Source of the DNA: Eledone cirrhosa
Taxonomy: Eukaryota
Assembly (NCBI GenBank): GCA_964016885.1
Contig: CAXHJY010000862.1
Location: 1-64,000, forward strand
DNA: 64,000 bases
Direction: 5' to 3'
In this document: positions 63,909 to 64,000 of the stretch, one piece after another
Layout of the letters: each line of letters opens with the position of its first letter
How positions within the stretch are numbered: position 1 is the first letter of the stretch
Program-made: the position numbers and the translations under genes
Notes under the pieces: model-generated
The model's input: the letters and a program-made list of their open reading frames with translations, nothing else
Told to the model about the DNA's origin: nothing
Databases searched by the model: none

Positions 63909-64000
63909 TTTGTGTATCAAAATGAGAACAACTGGGAAAGGAAATCAAGTCCCATATCTGCCATATTTAATTCTGGTGATACTTACATTAGCCTCTTTCT
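57251..64000 (-). CDS. Cadherin-related single-pass membrane protein, 3' part (5' exons lie beyond the window)
   Basis: Exons (>64000)-63987, 63662-63600, 62390-62307, 61417-61310, 61067-60942, 60111-59950, 58861-58777, 58514-58408, 58090-57251, all GT-AG and in phase. Motifs [49 protein letters not shown]; [27 protein letters not shown]; Ser-rich tail. Confidence 0.9.
59322..59905 (+). mobile_element. ~600-bp non-autonomous element, copy 3 (cadherin intron)
   Basis: Matches 14995-15585 and the reverse complement of 3640-4243. Confidence 0.75.
60180..60940. repeat. 29-bp minisatellite filling a cadherin intron, ~25 copies
   Basis: Unit GAGGTCAGACACACCTGTGGAGGTGTATT. Confidence 0.92.
63252..63455 (-). 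mobile_element. PLE pseudo-LTR-like repeat with minimal HHR core
   Basis: Minus strand CTGATGA-AAGAC tacc GTCC-GAAA-CG-TT (~63343-63370); same family as 17210-17435 and 62682-62815. Confidence 0.55.

Overview
Eukaryotic, very AT-rich, microsatellite-saturated animal DNA. The SINE content (OK-type and tRNA/CORE-type) points to an octopus-like cephalopod, which is an inference. Genes: (1) a complete 12-exon isovaleryl-CoA dehydrogenase (IVD, +, 43184-53694, 422 aa, one GC-AG intron); (2) the 3' nine coding exons of a single-pass cadherin-related gene (-, 57251 to beyond the window end), convergent with IVD; (3) an uninterrupted 1688-aa ORF (+, 29908-34974) that appears to consist of about six tandem NHL-like beta-propellers. 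The rest is repeats: three 5'-truncated Penelope-like elements (PLEs; RT + C-terminal GIY-YIG), LINE fragments (L1/Tx1, CR1, RTE), many SINEs, piggyBac-like and Tc1/mariner-like MITEs, a non-autonomous Helitron and several minisatellites. The most striking unannotated signal is a set of more than 15 intact or degenerate minimal type-I hammerhead ribozymes (HHRs) from at least five sequence families. Most lie in back-to-back inverted pairs whose 3' ends run outward into (TA)n. Many have a UAUAUA-type loop III that mimics the (TA)n target. One insertion joins two different PLE families 5'-to-5'. Other oddities are a 66-nt NEDD4 C2-coding snippet inside (TA)n, and intronic tandem repeats that resemble the adjacent splice junctions. 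Most ORFs in the supplied track are microsatellite or minisatellite artefacts. All calls were made by eye without database searches.
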